The notes under the pieces: generated by a model | Database searches by the model: none | What the model was told of the DNA's origin: nothing | The model's input: the letters and a program-made list of their open reading frames with translations, nothing else | Virus record (IMG/VR): IMGVR_UViG_3300011008_000999 | Reading direction: 5' to 3' (one strand) | DNA from: a virus | Lineage: Duplodnaviria; Caudoviricetes | DNA: 64,000 nucleotides | In this document: positions 19,925-29,988 of the stretch, piece after piece | Position numbering within the stretch: the first letter of the stretch is position 1 | Layout of the letters: each line of letters opens with the position of its first letter | Translations under genes and position numbers: made by a program

Positions 19925-20470
19925 TTAAATTGTAATAATACCTACATAAGAACCATTGACTGTTCCATCACTAGTTACTACATAGGTTCCAGAACTGATA
20001 TTCTCAATTCTTTCATCTTTTGCTATAGTTGCATACTTTGGAAGTCTTGCAGGAATAGCGATCTTTTTATTTCCAATAGCAAGATTATGAATCAAAGTAT
20101 CTTTATCTACAAGATATAATCCAACTTTTGTTTCAATAGGCACAATAGGAAACTTATCTATAGATGCAATTACATCTTTAATAGCCGCAGTTGCTTTGAT
20201 GAGCTTAACCTTCTTCATCTCATCTTTTACAGTATGAGCTTTCTTTCTAATCTCTACTACCTGATCATCTAAGAATTTAATCTGTTCATTTGTAGTAGCT
20301 AAGAATGTAGTATCATTATGTGCCATATAATTTCGCATAATTCTACATACTTTAAGTCTTTCCTGGTCTAATGTATCAAGAGAGTTCTCATAATCAAGAA
20401 CAGTCATTCCATCTGATTTAAGTTCGGTGTCTAATGCTCTAAAAGCATCTAAAAACTTTTCATTCGCCAT
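19925..20470 (-). CDS. HEPN-like (RNxxxH) plus CBS-like domain protein
   Basis: RNYMAH motif in a helical N-terminus; C-terminal TVKDEM...YVGIIT resembles a degenerate CBS pair. Confidence 0.55.
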   Translation of the reverse strand: MANEKFLDAFRALDTELKSDGMTVLDYENSLDTLDQERLKVCRIMRNYMAHNDTTFLATTNEQIKFLDDQVVEIRKKAHTVKDEMKKVKLIKATAAIKDVIASIDKFPIVPIETKVGLYLVDKDTLIHNLAIGNKKIAIPARLPKYATIAKDERIENISSGTYVVTSDGTVNGSYVGIITI

Positions 20471-20560
20471 CTTTATAAATCCTTTCTATTATATTTTTTC
20501 AAAAAATAACCAAGAGACTATATTTATAATCATTTGGCCATTGTTAACTTATATAAGATT

Positions 20561-20576
20561 ATAAAATTAAATAGCT
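20561..20576 (-). promoter_or_regulatory. Class II motif
   Basis: AGCTATTTAATTTTAT. Confidence 0.6.
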
Positions 20577-20624
20577 TTTGATAAAACAAAAGACTGACAC
20601 CTTTTGGGGTATCAGCCCTTATTA

Positions 20625-21290
20625 TTAACCATTCTTAAAGAAATTAAAGTTAGTGGTATTAGTAGCATTATCTAAATAACCTTCTCCTAACTTTCCATTA
20701 AGATCTAAATTCTCAAACATTTGTTCAAACATACTTTCAACAGTCTTACCAAGAGCTATTTTATTTTGAACATTATGTATCATTTCATATGAAAATACTT
20801 TATCAGATTGAGCTGTCAATATACAATTTACCTTAACATTTGATCCAATCTTCATAATTGTTTCAATCATATTAGTAACAGATTCTGCAAGCTCGTTATT
20901 GTCTTCATTTAGAATATATTCATCAAATGAGTCAATTATGATTACAATATAACCATGCTCATCTAAAGTCTCTCCACTTTTAATCCATTCATATCTACGC
21001 ATAATTTCTGGTAGAATAAGATGTTTTAATTCTGTTTCAATATCTGATAATGCACTAGCACTAGCATTAAAATTCAAATAATTATCATTTCCTGCAAATA
21101 TTGTTATAGTATTTTTAGGTTCATTATTTAGTTTGTATTGATTGATTATAGTTTTAACAAGAGTTGTTTTACCAGAACCTGGCAATCCAACTATAATTGT
21201 AGAACCAGGATCGAGGCTTACAATCTTCGTACCTATTTCTATCATAAGCGTTTCTCCTAATAAAATGGCTACCCATTTCTGAGTAGCCAT
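20625..21290 (-). CDS. Stand-alone FtsK/TcpA-like P-loop ATPase domain
   Basis: GLPGSGKTT, IVIIIDSFDE, ILTAQ, NKIALG; no TM segment. Confidence 0.65.
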   Translation of the reverse strand: MATQKWVAILLGETLMIEIGTKIVSLDPGSTIIVGLPGSGKTTLVKTIINQYKLNNEPKNTITIFAGNDNYLNFNASASALSDIETELKHLILPEIMRRYEWIKSGETLDEHGYIVIIIDSFDEYILNEDNNELAESVTNMIETIMKIGSNVKVNCILTAQSDKVFSYEMIHNVQNKIALGKTVESMFEQMFENLDLNGKLGEGYLDNATNTTNFNFFKNG

Positions 21291-21309
21291 TAATAAGATC
21301 TCTTTTCAA

Positions 21310-21627
21310 TTAAGCTAATAACATTTCTAACTGCTTTTTTGCTCTTTCTGGAATATTTGTTCTAAGAATTGATGCAGTCACTAAATCCTGATCTATACAT
21401 TCTAATTCATTATACATATACGCTTCACCAACAATAGCATTATCATCTTCTGGTGTAGGATATATAAGTGGATAGAATATTATACGATCTTTTGACATAT
21501 TGTGAGATTTATCAAACAATATCTCTGGAGCATTAGTCCATTTAGTACTTAACAAAAATTCAAAGAAAAATCCATCCTTTGTAGCTAAATAATGATTAGG
21601 ATCAATTTTATCAATATTCCAACTCAT
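21310..21627 (-). CDS. Hypothetical protein
   Basis: 105 aa ORF within a gene run. Confidence 0.55.
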   Translation of the reverse strand: MSWNIDKIDPNHYLATKDGFFFEFLLSTKWTNAPEILFDKSHNMSKDRIIFYPLIYPTPEDDNAIVGEAYMYNELECIDQDLVTASILRTNIPERAKKQLEMLLA

Positions 21628-21632
21628 ATTTA

Positions 21633-22235
21633 TTATTCTGTAACCTCGCTTGTTTCAACATCATCTACTGTCTCCTCAACAGTAGGTTCATCAGAAGAAT
21701 TTTCAGTCGCTACATTTCCAGTAATATCTTCTCTGGTACCTTCAAATTCTTTTACTGTAATAGATCCATCATTACCAACTCTAACAATTACAATAACATC
21801 ATTATCAGTTGCTGATGTAGCATGTCCTTCTTTTTTAGTTTCACCTACAAATGCATAAGACATAGCATTTTCTTCAGTTTTAGTACCAAGTAAAATATAC
21901 ACATTATATCCAGCTTCATCTGCAGCACTAGCACACTCAATAATGGATCTAGCATTATCAGTGTCCATCTCTTCAAATATGAGTAAGTTTGCACCATTTC
22001 TACCTGCAACTGGTACCCATTCGTTAAGAACTTCACCAGTGTCTTCATCAATAATTACTTCCTCAGGTGTACCAATATCAGCTACATTTACTGCTGCTTC
22101 TTTTGCTGAAACTGCATTTTCTGCTGTAGATGCTTTCTTTTCTCCTGTTTTACTACATGCTGCCAATGAACATACCATTACTGCACTAAGCAGCATTACT
22201 ACAAATTTCTTCATTTTTTGAAAAATTCCTTTCAT
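21633..22235 (-). CDS. Lipoprotein
   Basis: Lipobox LAAC; probable start MKKFVV. Confidence 0.75.
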   Translation of the reverse strand: MKGIFQKMKKFVVMLLSAVMVCSLAACSKTGEKKASTAENAVSAKEAAVNVADIGTPEEVIIDEDTGEVLNEWVPVAGRNGANLLIFEEMDTDNARSIIECASAADEAGYNVYILLGTKTEENAMSYAFVGETKKEGHATSATDNDVIVIVRVGNDGSITVKEFEGTREDITGNVATENSSDEPTVEETVDDVETSEVTE

Positions 22236-22245
22236 ATTTTTTATG

Positions 22246-22278
22246 ATTATATCACAGATTAGATAAAAAGTAAATAGT
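22246..22278 (-). promoter_or_regulatory. Class I sigmaA-like promoter
   Basis: ACTA-TTTACT-N17-TATAAT with TG. Confidence 0.75.
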
Positions 22279-23438
22279 TAATGTAGCTCTTTGTAGTCCC
22301 AGTCTTTAACTAAACCTTTTGCCTGAAGTTCAGGATCCTGAATCATGGCATTGATCTCTTTAGAAAGATTTGCATCAGGATTATCAAGAAGCTCTACTAA
22401 TCTAGCAGTAATTTCATCTTCAAAAAGTAAGAATTGAGTATCTACAAGATATTTACCATTACTTTTAAGCATCTTCTGTGAAAGAATGATGTTAAGCTGA
22501 AGAATAAGGTCAAGTGATAAGTTCTTATCATTGTCAAGGTGATATAAAAGACGGTTAATAGTACCAGGAACATCAGAAGCATGGAATGTAGTACTAGTAA
22601 TATGACCAGTACGAGCAGCTTCAATAGCTGCACAAATAACCTCTTTATCTCTACACTCACCAACGATGATGATATTAGGGTGTTCACGAAGAGCAGCTTT
22701 AATACCCATTCCAAATGATAAGAAGTCTTTACCTAATTCTTTTTGGCTAATCTTTACGCTATCAGTACTATTGAAAATATTCTCAATAGGATCTTCAAGT
22801 GTAATGAATACCTTATTATCTAGAATCTCCCCTGGCTGAGTGAATGTGTTAATACAAGCTGCCATAGTAGTTGATTTACCAGAACCAGTAGGACCAGTCT
22901 CGTAACAAATACCAGATGACTTTTTGTAAGCTCTCCTAAGGGCTTCTACACATTTCTCATTATAATTGATTGTGTCAAATGTTGGCTGATCTGGTTTAAT
23001 CATACGGAAAGTAGCTACGTTTCTTTCTTCTGAGAATCCAAATGATACACGATAACGATAACAGTTATTTGGATATTTACCGTAGTTAGCACTAGTTTCA
23101 GGAACTCTAATAGATACAGAAGTATCAAGAAGTTTCTGTCTAACATAACCAGCATTTAACTCATTAAGAATGTACTTATCATAAAAGATTGACCATGTAT
23201 CTTTTGTAATAGGTACACAAGGTACTCTAACAATACGACCAAATCTTGAAATATAAGGACATTCAAATGTCTTGATATACAAGTCAGAACAGTTATGTTC
23301 TGTAGTGAAGATCAATAAATCCTCAATTGACAAATTTTGCTTATTAAGATCAAGAATATCGGCATTAGGATTTTCAGGAGTAGATTCCTTTATTTCTTCA
23401 TCTTTTGGTTTTATGTTTAATTTAAGTGTTTCTGCCAT
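22278..23438 (-). CDS. PilT/VirB11-family secretion ATPase
   Basis: GPTGSGKST, ITLEDPIE, ALREHPNIIIVGECRD, AARTGH...TTFHA. Confidence 0.88.
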   Translation of the reverse strand: MAETLKLNIKPKDEEIKESTPENPNADILDLNKQNLSIEDLLIFTTEHNCSDLYIKTFECPYISRFGRIVRVPCVPITKDTWSIFYDKYILNELNAGYVRQKLLDTSVSIRVPETSANYGKYPNNCYRYRVSFGFSEERNVATFRMIKPDQPTFDTINYNEKCVEALRRAYKKSSGICYETGPTGSGKSTTMAACINTFTQPGEILDNKVFITLEDPIENIFNSTDSVKISQKELGKDFLSFGMGIKAALREHPNIIIVGECRDKEVICAAIEAARTGHITSTTFHASDVPGTINRLLYHLDNDKNLSLDLILQLNIILSQKMLKSNGKYLVDTQFLLFEDEITARLVELLDNPDANLSKEINAMIQDPELQAKGLVKDWDYKELH

Positions 23439-23451
23439 TTATCTCACCTCA

Positions 23452-24780
23452 TTATAAGTCTTCACCAATTGCAGGAGACCAAATAGGCTGACCATTAGCA
23501 GTTGTTAAACCGTCAGTATCACCTACTGTAGCACCAGAATTCTGCTGGAAACTAAGAGGGAACATAAGAGGTCCAGTGTGAAGGAACTTTTTAGGTTTCT
23601 TATTGATATAATTATCAAGGAAATCAAGCGCCTGAGTAAGTGACTTAGATACAAGAATATTTCTATCTTTACATTCTGTAATAAGATTCATTACTCTCTG
23701 CTTTAACTGATCCTTAGTCTCAGCATATACAAGAACTGAGCAGTTAAACTGACAAAGTACAGTACCCTGTTCAAGATCCTGAATTGCCATAGTCGCAATA
23801 TCAATATTCTGCTGTGTCTCTTCAATAGATTCAATTTCCGCATTAGCCTCAATAGCCTGATCTCGTTCATATCTATCTGATGCTCTAGTTCTCTTTAACT
23901 TAAGCATAGCATCTTCTTTCTTGAGACACTGAATTGTTGTAACAACATTAGGATAATCCATAGGGAAGTTACAAGTTGAAATCTGAGGTGGGAAAGCTTG
24001 AATATCGAGCATACAACCATAAGTTGTCTGAGGATCAAGACCAAAAATATCCATTCCTTCATTATGCATTTCAAACCATCCAAAGTTATCAGATACAGTC
24101 TGAGTAATGGCTCCCATAATAGAAGTATAAGTCTTCTCGCTGATATAAGAAAGTCTATCATAAGAAATCTCATAACAAGGGAACACTTTACTTACAAAGT
24201 TATAGAATACTAGCTCTCTAGATGCACGTACGCATTTATAGTTAATAGTTCTATAAATATTTTCCTCAATCTTCATGATCTTTTCAGGATCAGCTTTAAG
24301 GTTACCAAGACCAGCAAAACTATTAGCCATATTCTTAGCAATAGCTTTAGCCGTGTCCATAAGAGTAAACTCTTCTACATCAGTAACAGTTGTCTGCTGA
24401 ATATCAATACCAAGCATACAATAAGACTGAAGATCATCTCTTACATTTCTAGTAAACTCAGCAGGCATATCATAATCTTCACGATAGATCTTAATTGTAT
24501 TGTAAAGATTCTCAAGTACGTCCTTACGTCTAATAGTCTTTTCAATACGTTCAATTGTGAACTGAACTGTAGGATTATTAGTAGTAAGGTTAGAGATCAT
24601 ATTAGTGATCTGCTGAACTGTATTATGTACTCCACCAGGTGAGTTTGTAGAATAATTTGATAATGGAATTATATAAAAAGCTGTAATAACACCATTATTA
24701 TAAAGAATGTTATCGCCAATAATGTCAATAGTATTTTGAGCTCTGACATTTATTTTAGCTGAAGTATCTTTCTTAGCCAT
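23452..24780 (-). CDS. VirB4/TcpF-like protein, N-terminal half only (no Walker motifs)
   Basis: Directly follows a TcpE-like gene; layout resembles the Gram-positive VirB4 N-terminal domain; ends where the ATPase domain would begin. Confidence 0.45.
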   Translation of the reverse strand: MAKKDTSAKINVRAQNTIDIIGDNILYNNGVITAFYIIPLSNYSTNSPGGVHNTVQQITNMISNLTTNNPTVQFTIERIEKTIRRKDVLENLYNTIKIYREDYDMPAEFTRNVRDDLQSYCMLGIDIQQTTVTDVEEFTLMDTAKAIAKNMANSFAGLGNLKADPEKIMKIEENIYRTINYKCVRASRELVFYNFVSKVFPCYEISYDRLSYISEKTYTSIMGAITQTVSDNFGWFEMHNEGMDIFGLDPQTTYGCMLDIQAFPPQISTCNFPMDYPNVVTTIQCLKKEDAMLKLKRTRASDRYERDQAIEANAEIESIEETQQNIDIATMAIQDLEQGTVLCQFNCSVLVYAETKDQLKQRVMNLITECKDRNILVSKSLTQALDFLDNYINKKPKKFLHTGPLMFPLSFQQNSGATVGDTDGLTTANGQPIWSPAIGEDL

Positions 24781-24800
24781 ATTATTCTAATTTCCTTTCT

Positions 24801-25202
24801 TTATAGTATAGATCTTACAAAACTTTTAAATTTTATATCAGTTAAATGAAATTCAGTATGTCTGAAATCATTCATGTATACTTTCTTTGGTTTAAAATAT
24901 GCTGCAAGATATTGATACAGTCTATATCCAGCAAACTGCACATACCATAAAGCACATCCAGCACCAATACCAATTACAAGCCAGAAAATTGTCCATGCAG
25001 GTTTAAAATTACCACCAAATGGATTAAAGAAGTTAATTCTAAATGGTATACTTAAAACAGCACCAACTGCAATAATAACTAATGCTACTGGTGCAACAAC
25101 TTTAAGGAATTCAATTGAGAAACCACCAGGAAGCTGATAACCACCAATGTTATAAAGCTTTGTATCTCTTTTCTGAAGAGACGAGTAGTTGTACAAAATC
25201 AT
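24801..25202 (-). CDS. TcpE-like conjugation membrane protein
   Basis: YNYS...KLYNIGGYQLP, two TM segments, YFKPKKVY tail. Confidence 0.6.
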   Translation of the reverse strand: MILYNYSSLQKRDTKLYNIGGYQLPGGFSIEFLKVVAPVALVIIAVGAVLSIPFRINFFNPFGGNFKPAWTIFWLVIGIGAGCALWYVQFAGYRLYQYLAAYFKPKKVYMNDFRHTEFHLTDIKFKSFVRSIL

Positions 25203-25220
25203 ATAATTTACCTCCTAAAT

Positions 25221-25245
25221 AAAAAGCTGATCTTTCGATCAGCTT
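25221..25245 (-). terminator. Rho-independent terminator-like hairpin
   Basis: AAGCTGATC-GAAA-GATCAGCTTTTT on the minus strand. Confidence 0.65.
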
Positions 25246-25469
25246 ATTGTACAAAATATTGATTTTTCCTTTGACTTTCGTGGATGAATTACATAGTCTC
25301 CAGGTGATGAAATTATATTGCATCTAGCATAAGTAGAACCTGTTCTACAATTGTCTACATAGCATTCTCCATAAACTTCACTAACGTATTCATATAACTT
25401 TTGCGAAACATCTTTCACAGTTTCTGCTGAATATGTTAATCCACCATCGCTTAATATACCTGTTACCAC
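25239..25469 (-). CDS. Hypothetical protein
   Basis: 76 aa ORF with AAGGAG RBS. Confidence 0.5.
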   Translation of the reverse strand: MVTGILSDGGLTYSAETVKDVSQKLYEYVSEVYGECYVDNCRTGSTYARCNIISSPGDYVIHPRKSKEKSIFCTIS

Positions 25470-25497
25470 TGATTATTCATCTCCTTTATAATTCCGT

Positions 25498-25513
25498 ATA
25501 ATATTAAATAGCC
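25498..25513 (-). promoter_or_regulatory. Class II motif
   Basis: GGCTATTTAATATTAT. Confidence 0.6.
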
Positions 25514-25515
25514 AT

Positions 25516-26199
25516 TCAGACATCATTTAATAAAATTAGATCATCTGTAATTATCAAAATATCATCAATTTTATATTTTAATTGGTATACAGGCTTTTTA
25601 TTAATAGCGTATCTTATACATCCAGCTGTACCACCTTTAGATGTTTTCCAACTATCATCAGGATATAATGCAATAATCATATCTGCATCATCTACCATAG
25701 CTTCATTTCGCTTATAAAGTGCTTTTACTACTTCATGATATTCTGCATTCTGTGGTAACTTAGATATGTACTTAACTACATCTGCTCTATCTTTCTGATA
25801 ATTGTACATTTTCTGTCCAAAGAATCTATCAGTTAACCAAGACTTTTCTTGACCTTCAAATGGAATATATAGATGAAGATTGACTGGAAATATACTTTTT
25901 AGACGTTCTGCCGCAATAAATGCTAATTGATCAAATCCTTGCGCTCCACCACATATAAATGTAGTATCAGGTCCATAAGATTTAAGAATTTCAGTTAATT
26001 GATCTAAAAACTGATTATAATTCTTTTTATCATATCCTACAAGATCTTTAGGACGTCTACCAGTAAATGCAATAGTTAAATTAGTATTGTACATATTCCA
26101 TCCATATTTTGGTCCGCAGTATTTACAGTAATGATTATTATCTGTTACATGTTTACATCTGCAGCAATCAGGTTCATCATAGTCTGGTGCATATACCAT
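25516..26199 (-). CDS. SLOG-family (YspA/DUF1273-like) protein with Cys-rich N-terminus
   Basis: IAFTGRRP, GGAQGFD, RNEAMVD, GGTAGCI motifs. Confidence 0.75.
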   Translation of the reverse strand: MVYAPDYDEPDCCRCKHVTDNNHYCKYCGPKYGWNMYNTNLTIAFTGRRPKDLVGYDKKNYNQFLDQLTEILKSYGPDTTFICGGAQGFDQLAFIAAERLKSIFPVNLHLYIPFEGQEKSWLTDRFFGQKMYNYQKDRADVVKYISKLPQNAEYHEVVKALYKRNEAMVDDADMIIALYPDDSWKTSKGGTAGCIRYAINKKPVYQLKYKIDDILIITDDLILLNDV

Positions 26200-26822
26200 T
26201 ATTGTTCACCTTTAAGTTTAGCGAGCTTGGCTTCAAGTTCAGCTATTTTGTTAGCCTTTTCAGCATTCTTACGCTCTGCTATCTTACTATCAATTTGATC
26301 ATAGATTGACTTAATATATGTTTCATCATTAAGACATTTAGTTATAAAGTATTCTATAGGAATGCTAATATAACCACTTAACCATCCATCTGAACTAATT
26401 TCTTCAGCATAAAACTTTACGTGAGTGTCAGTAATTTCTTTGATATGATCAAGTTTACAACGTGTTATATCGAAATCAGATTTGTCTAAATCAAATACAT
26501 CTTCATCTGCAACTATTTCTCGTATAATGCCAAACCTTAATACTGCTTCCCTAGGATAATACCAACCATATTTTGACTCAATGAGTTTATTAATGTTATT
26601 TAAGATACCTTTACCTGAATGAATGAAATCTTTTTTAAAAGAGTCTTTTTCTTTAACAAGATCATTAATAGATTCATCGAAGGCTTTTCGTCTATTGGAT
26701 AATTCTTGTTCAAGAGTTGTTATTTCTTGTGTAAGAGATTCATTAGATTTTTTAAACTCATCCTGTTTCTGCTGTAGCTCAGTCTGAATACTAACATATC
26801 TATCAAATATATGTTTTTCCAT
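26199..26822 (-). CDS. Hypothetical coiled-coil protein
   Basis: 207 aa ORF, GGAGG RBS. Confidence 0.6.
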   Translation of the reverse strand: MEKHIFDRYVSIQTELQQKQDEFKKSNESLTQEITTLEQELSNRRKAFDESINDLVKEKDSFKKDFIHSGKGILNNINKLIESKYGWYYPREAVLRFGIIREIVADEDVFDLDKSDFDITRCKLDHIKEITDTHVKFYAEEISSDGWLSGYISIPIEYFITKCLNDETYIKSIYDQIDSKIAERKNAEKANKIAELEAKLAKLKGEQ

Positions 26823-26832
26823 AAAAACCTCC

Positions 26833-27168
26833 TTAATCCATATAACTTACTCGTCTAATTTCATACTTTATGTCGTAGTTACCAAGACTTCTATCAATTA
26901 AGAAAATAATCTCATCCTGATCAGTATCTTCTACTTCCCAAGTAAGAGGATCATTATAAATCTCTTCCATAGCCTCTTTTACATAATCAACACCTTTAGA
27001 TGTTCTAAAAGTATCAATTGCAAGCTTAAGATGTTTTTTAACTGTATCGATTGCTTTTACTGGGCTATCAAAAAGTTTATAATCATAATTCAAATCTTTA
27101 TATAACTCTACATAAAAATCTTTATCCTGATTGATCTTAAAATAAGCTAAATATGCGTAATTTTTCAT
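26833..27168 (-). CDS. Hypothetical protein
   Basis: 111 aa ORF. Confidence 0.55.
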   Translation of the reverse strand: MKNYAYLAYFKINQDKDFYVELYKDLNYDYKLFDSPVKAIDTVKKHLKLAIDTFRTSKGVDYVKEAMEEIYNDPLTWEVEDTDQDEIIFLIDRSLGNYDIKYEIRRVSYMD

Positions 27169-27570
27169 TTATCCTACCATATATTCATTAGAGAATTTAT
27201 CACCATAGTATGCTCTACCAGCACCTAAGTAATCACACATCATTTCAAGTGCATATTTGAATGGCATTTTCTTAGGAATAAATCCTTTTTCAAAATCGTC
27301 CATCCAGTATTCCCAATGATGTTTATTACGACCTCTATGATGAAACCATGCCATAGAATAACCATTTTCTTCTTTACATGCATCTATAGGAGATCTATTA
27401 CCTTGCCAGTACTTAGCTGATTCCCAAAATTCAGTTGGACTAAATTTTGACATATCATGTAAAATACCTTGTATATATAAGCCACACATAAAACAATAAT
27501 GTGCTACACATTTTTTATGTTTGAGAACAGTCTTTAAGTGTCCAATAAAGTTTTTCATTTTATACTCCAA
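27169..27570 (-). CDS. DUF5662-like HD-fold protein, possibly C-terminally shortened
   Basis: HDMSKFSPTEF, HHRGRNKHHWEYW, EMMCDYLGAGR. Confidence 0.65.
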   Translation of the reverse strand: MEYKMKNFIGHLKTVLKHKKCVAHYCFMCGLYIQGILHDMSKFSPTEFWESAKYWQGNRSPIDACKEENGYSMAWFHHRGRNKHHWEYWMDDFEKGFIPKKMPFKYALEMMCDYLGAGRAYYGDKFSNEYMVG

Positions 27571-27748
27571 TAGTTACTGCACAAGCATTCCACCAATCAA
27601 GATCAAATTTAGCTTGACCAGATGGATTAAGTTCTACAAATACTAAACTGCCAACTATTGAAATATCTTTAACTTTTAGTACCTGCTGAACTACATCTCC
27701 ATTTGTAACTATATCTTTATCAATTTTAATATTTATACTAACTTGCAT
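27560..27748 (-). CDS. Hypothetical phage-like protein
   Basis: 62 aa; TNGDV...WWNA pattern. Confidence 0.5.
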   Translation of the reverse strand: MQVSINIKIDKDIVTNGDVVQQVLKVKDISIVGSLVFVELNPSGQAKFDLDWWNACAVTIGV

Positions 27749-27756
27749 AATACTCC

Positions 27757-28239
27757 TTATACAAGACCATGATTTCGTTCATAATCAAATATATCACGAC
27801 CAATATTCTCAACATGAACTAACATCCAGTGTGTTTCTGTTTTAAGATATCTCATAATATCCTCTACAGAATCGAGTGTATTCTGACAAAGTCGATGCGC
27901 TTTGATAATACGATTCTCTTCTAGTTGTAGTTTATAAATACGCTCAGCAAGATCTCTAGCAACATCTTCTTTAGCATTCATTTTCTTCAGGTCTTTATGA
28001 AATTTTTCAATGTCATCACAAAGTTTACAACAATCTGCTGAAGTAAAGTATCTATCCATTCGTTTCTCCTTTACATAATCAATATGTTCAAATTCGCTCT
28101 TGATACAATCTATAGTATAGTCTTTACTAAAAAGTACGCTATTTTCATTATCATCTGTAACACATATTGTAGAATACGTTTTTCCGGTCTTTAACATGAG
28201 ATCTAAAGGATTAGCTGTAATAATAGTGTCAACTCTCAT
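27757..28239 (-). CDS. Hypothetical protein
   Basis: 160 aa ORF downstream of a class I promoter. Confidence 0.6.
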   Translation of the reverse strand: MRVDTIITANPLDLMLKTGKTYSTICVTDDNENSVLFSKDYTIDCIKSEFEHIDYVKEKRMDRYFTSADCCKLCDDIEKFHKDLKKMNAKEDVARDLAERIYKLQLEENRIIKAHRLCQNTLDSVEDIMRYLKTETHWMLVHVENIGRDIFDYERNHGLV

Positions 28240-28281
28240 TTTATTACCTCATTATATATTAAGTGTTTAGAAGTTAATTTT

Positions 28282-28314
28282 ATTATATCAAGCTAGAATA
28301 TAATTGTAAATAGT
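28282..28314 (-). promoter_or_regulatory. Class I sigmaA-like promoter
   Basis: ACTA-TTTACA-N17-TATAAT with TG. Confidence 0.8.
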
Positions 28315-28430
28315 TATTGCAATATTTTTATATATTAGACTATCTTAAAAGAAAAAGCCTATTACCAACGCTGATATTGTTAATAATAGGCTTTATTTCT
28401 TAAATTGTATAAAAAGTTACTTAAAAGGTA

Positions 28431-28652
28431 TTACTTATCCTTCATCATATTTTCGATCTCAGCAACAACAAGATCATCAGGTGCAGGAAGTTCACCGTTC
28501 AACTTAGAGATCTCTGCATTGATAATACGAATTGCATATCCCTTCATAGCAGCTGCCGGATCAGAGAACTCTGCTTCAAGTTTCTTAGTATCTACAAGGT
28601 CAATTCTTTCCTTAAGCTCTTCAAGCTTTTCAGTTATAATTTTGTTATCCAT
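28431..28652 (-). CDS. Hypothetical protein, monocistronic
   Basis: 73 aa; own class I promoter, RBS and downstream hairpin. Confidence 0.65.
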   Translation of the reverse strand: MDNKIITEKLEELKERIDLVDTKKLEAEFSDPAAAMKGYAIRIINAEISKLNGELPAPDDLVVAEIENMMKDK

Positions 28653-28726
28653 AGTATAATCTCCTTTCGATATAAAACCTTGGCATAAATGCCATCCACT
28701 TATATACTATGTTTTATTATGGTTTT

Positions 28727-28759
28727 ATTATAACATGAAACTATACTATTGTAAATAGT
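28727..28759 (-). promoter_or_regulatory. Class I sigmaA-like promoter
   Basis: ACTA-TTTACA-N17-TATAAT with TG. Confidence 0.8.
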
Positions 28760-28958
28760 TTTTTTCAACAAATTTAATAGAATGCTCCAAAAGTTCTTTA
28801 TTTATTTTAATATGCTGTATTCGATCATTATAAGCAGTTTTTAAATTATATCTAATCCTAAAGATAAGATGTTGTATAGTATGTGCTAAATACTTAAAAG
28901 ACTTAAATATAACAAATGCAGCTATAAGACTAAGTATAAGATATATTAACTCTTTCAT
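28746..28958 (-). CDS. Small membrane protein
   Basis: 70 aa, N-terminal TM segment, AAGGAG RBS. Confidence 0.5.
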   Translation of the reverse strand: MKELIYLILSLIAAFVIFKSFKYLAHTIQHLIFRIRYNLKTAYNDRIQHIKINKELLEHSIKFVEKNYLQ

Positions 28959-28975
28959 ATAATCTACTCCTTTAT

Positions 28976-29988
28976 TTAAAGTACACTTTTACTTGGTTTT
29001 TCTTCTATACCAATAATAGACATAACTTCATCAAATTCTACTTCTCTATTGAACAGAACTATAGGACATTCATATCCACCTGTATATTTATCAATAGGAA
29101 TTAGAGTTTTTGCTCTAGCTACATAACATTGAGCTAACTCATCATCAGTAAGTCTATCAGTAGTTACAAAGAACTCCTGTCGTTTTTTCTCAAATTCAGC
29201 ATCGTCTACTACATAAACATCATTATTATATTTGATCTTAACTACTGCTACAGAATTTTTATCAAATCCTAAAGAAGACTGTGAAGATGCAACATGGTAT
29301 ACTAAATCATCTGCATCATTAATTATTTTTTTTCTATATTAGGATCGGCCCAAACAAAACCATCATAACAAATTTTATCAAATTCAGTACCACCACCTCT
29401 AGTGCTAAGCGGACAGAGTCTGTGACCAGGACCTACAGCATAAAAATGCATATCTTTTATATAACTACCATTATAGTATTCTAAAATAGTATCTTTCATA
29501 CGAAAGTCAATCGGAACATATATTTTATCAAATATTCCGCTATATTTAACTTCCTTCTTTGCTTCAACAGGTGGAATTTCGTCATAGTTAACTTCAGGAT
29601 ATTGAATAATATAGTCTAAGATATATTCAAGATAATCATTAACTTCATTAAATATAGCATTTACATTAAACTCAACAGGCTCGCGGCCTTCAGGATCATA
29701 CTCTCTATTAAGATCATTAGTATGTCTTAAAATTTCAGCACGAACACCTCTATTACCACATCCTTCATATCTTAAATATCGTCTAGGGTTGCAGTGAAGC
29801 TTAGAATTAGTCTTAATACTATGTTTGAACCACCGCTTATCTGCTTCATAATTCTTACCTACATAATAATATAATGTAGGACCAGATTCATCTGAATATA
29901 CACGAAGTTGTTTGCCAGGAATAGTAATTTCTCTAAGACCTTCATAATCAAAATGAAGTAGGAAATCATCACCTTCTATATCAGACAT
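28976..29988 (-). pseudogene. Hypothetical gene interrupted by a frameshift at an A8 tract (29326-29333)
   Basis: ORF 29323-30021 stops at GAA AAA AAA TAA; the -1 frame stays open for 116 codons to a TAA at 28976. Confidence 0.55.
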
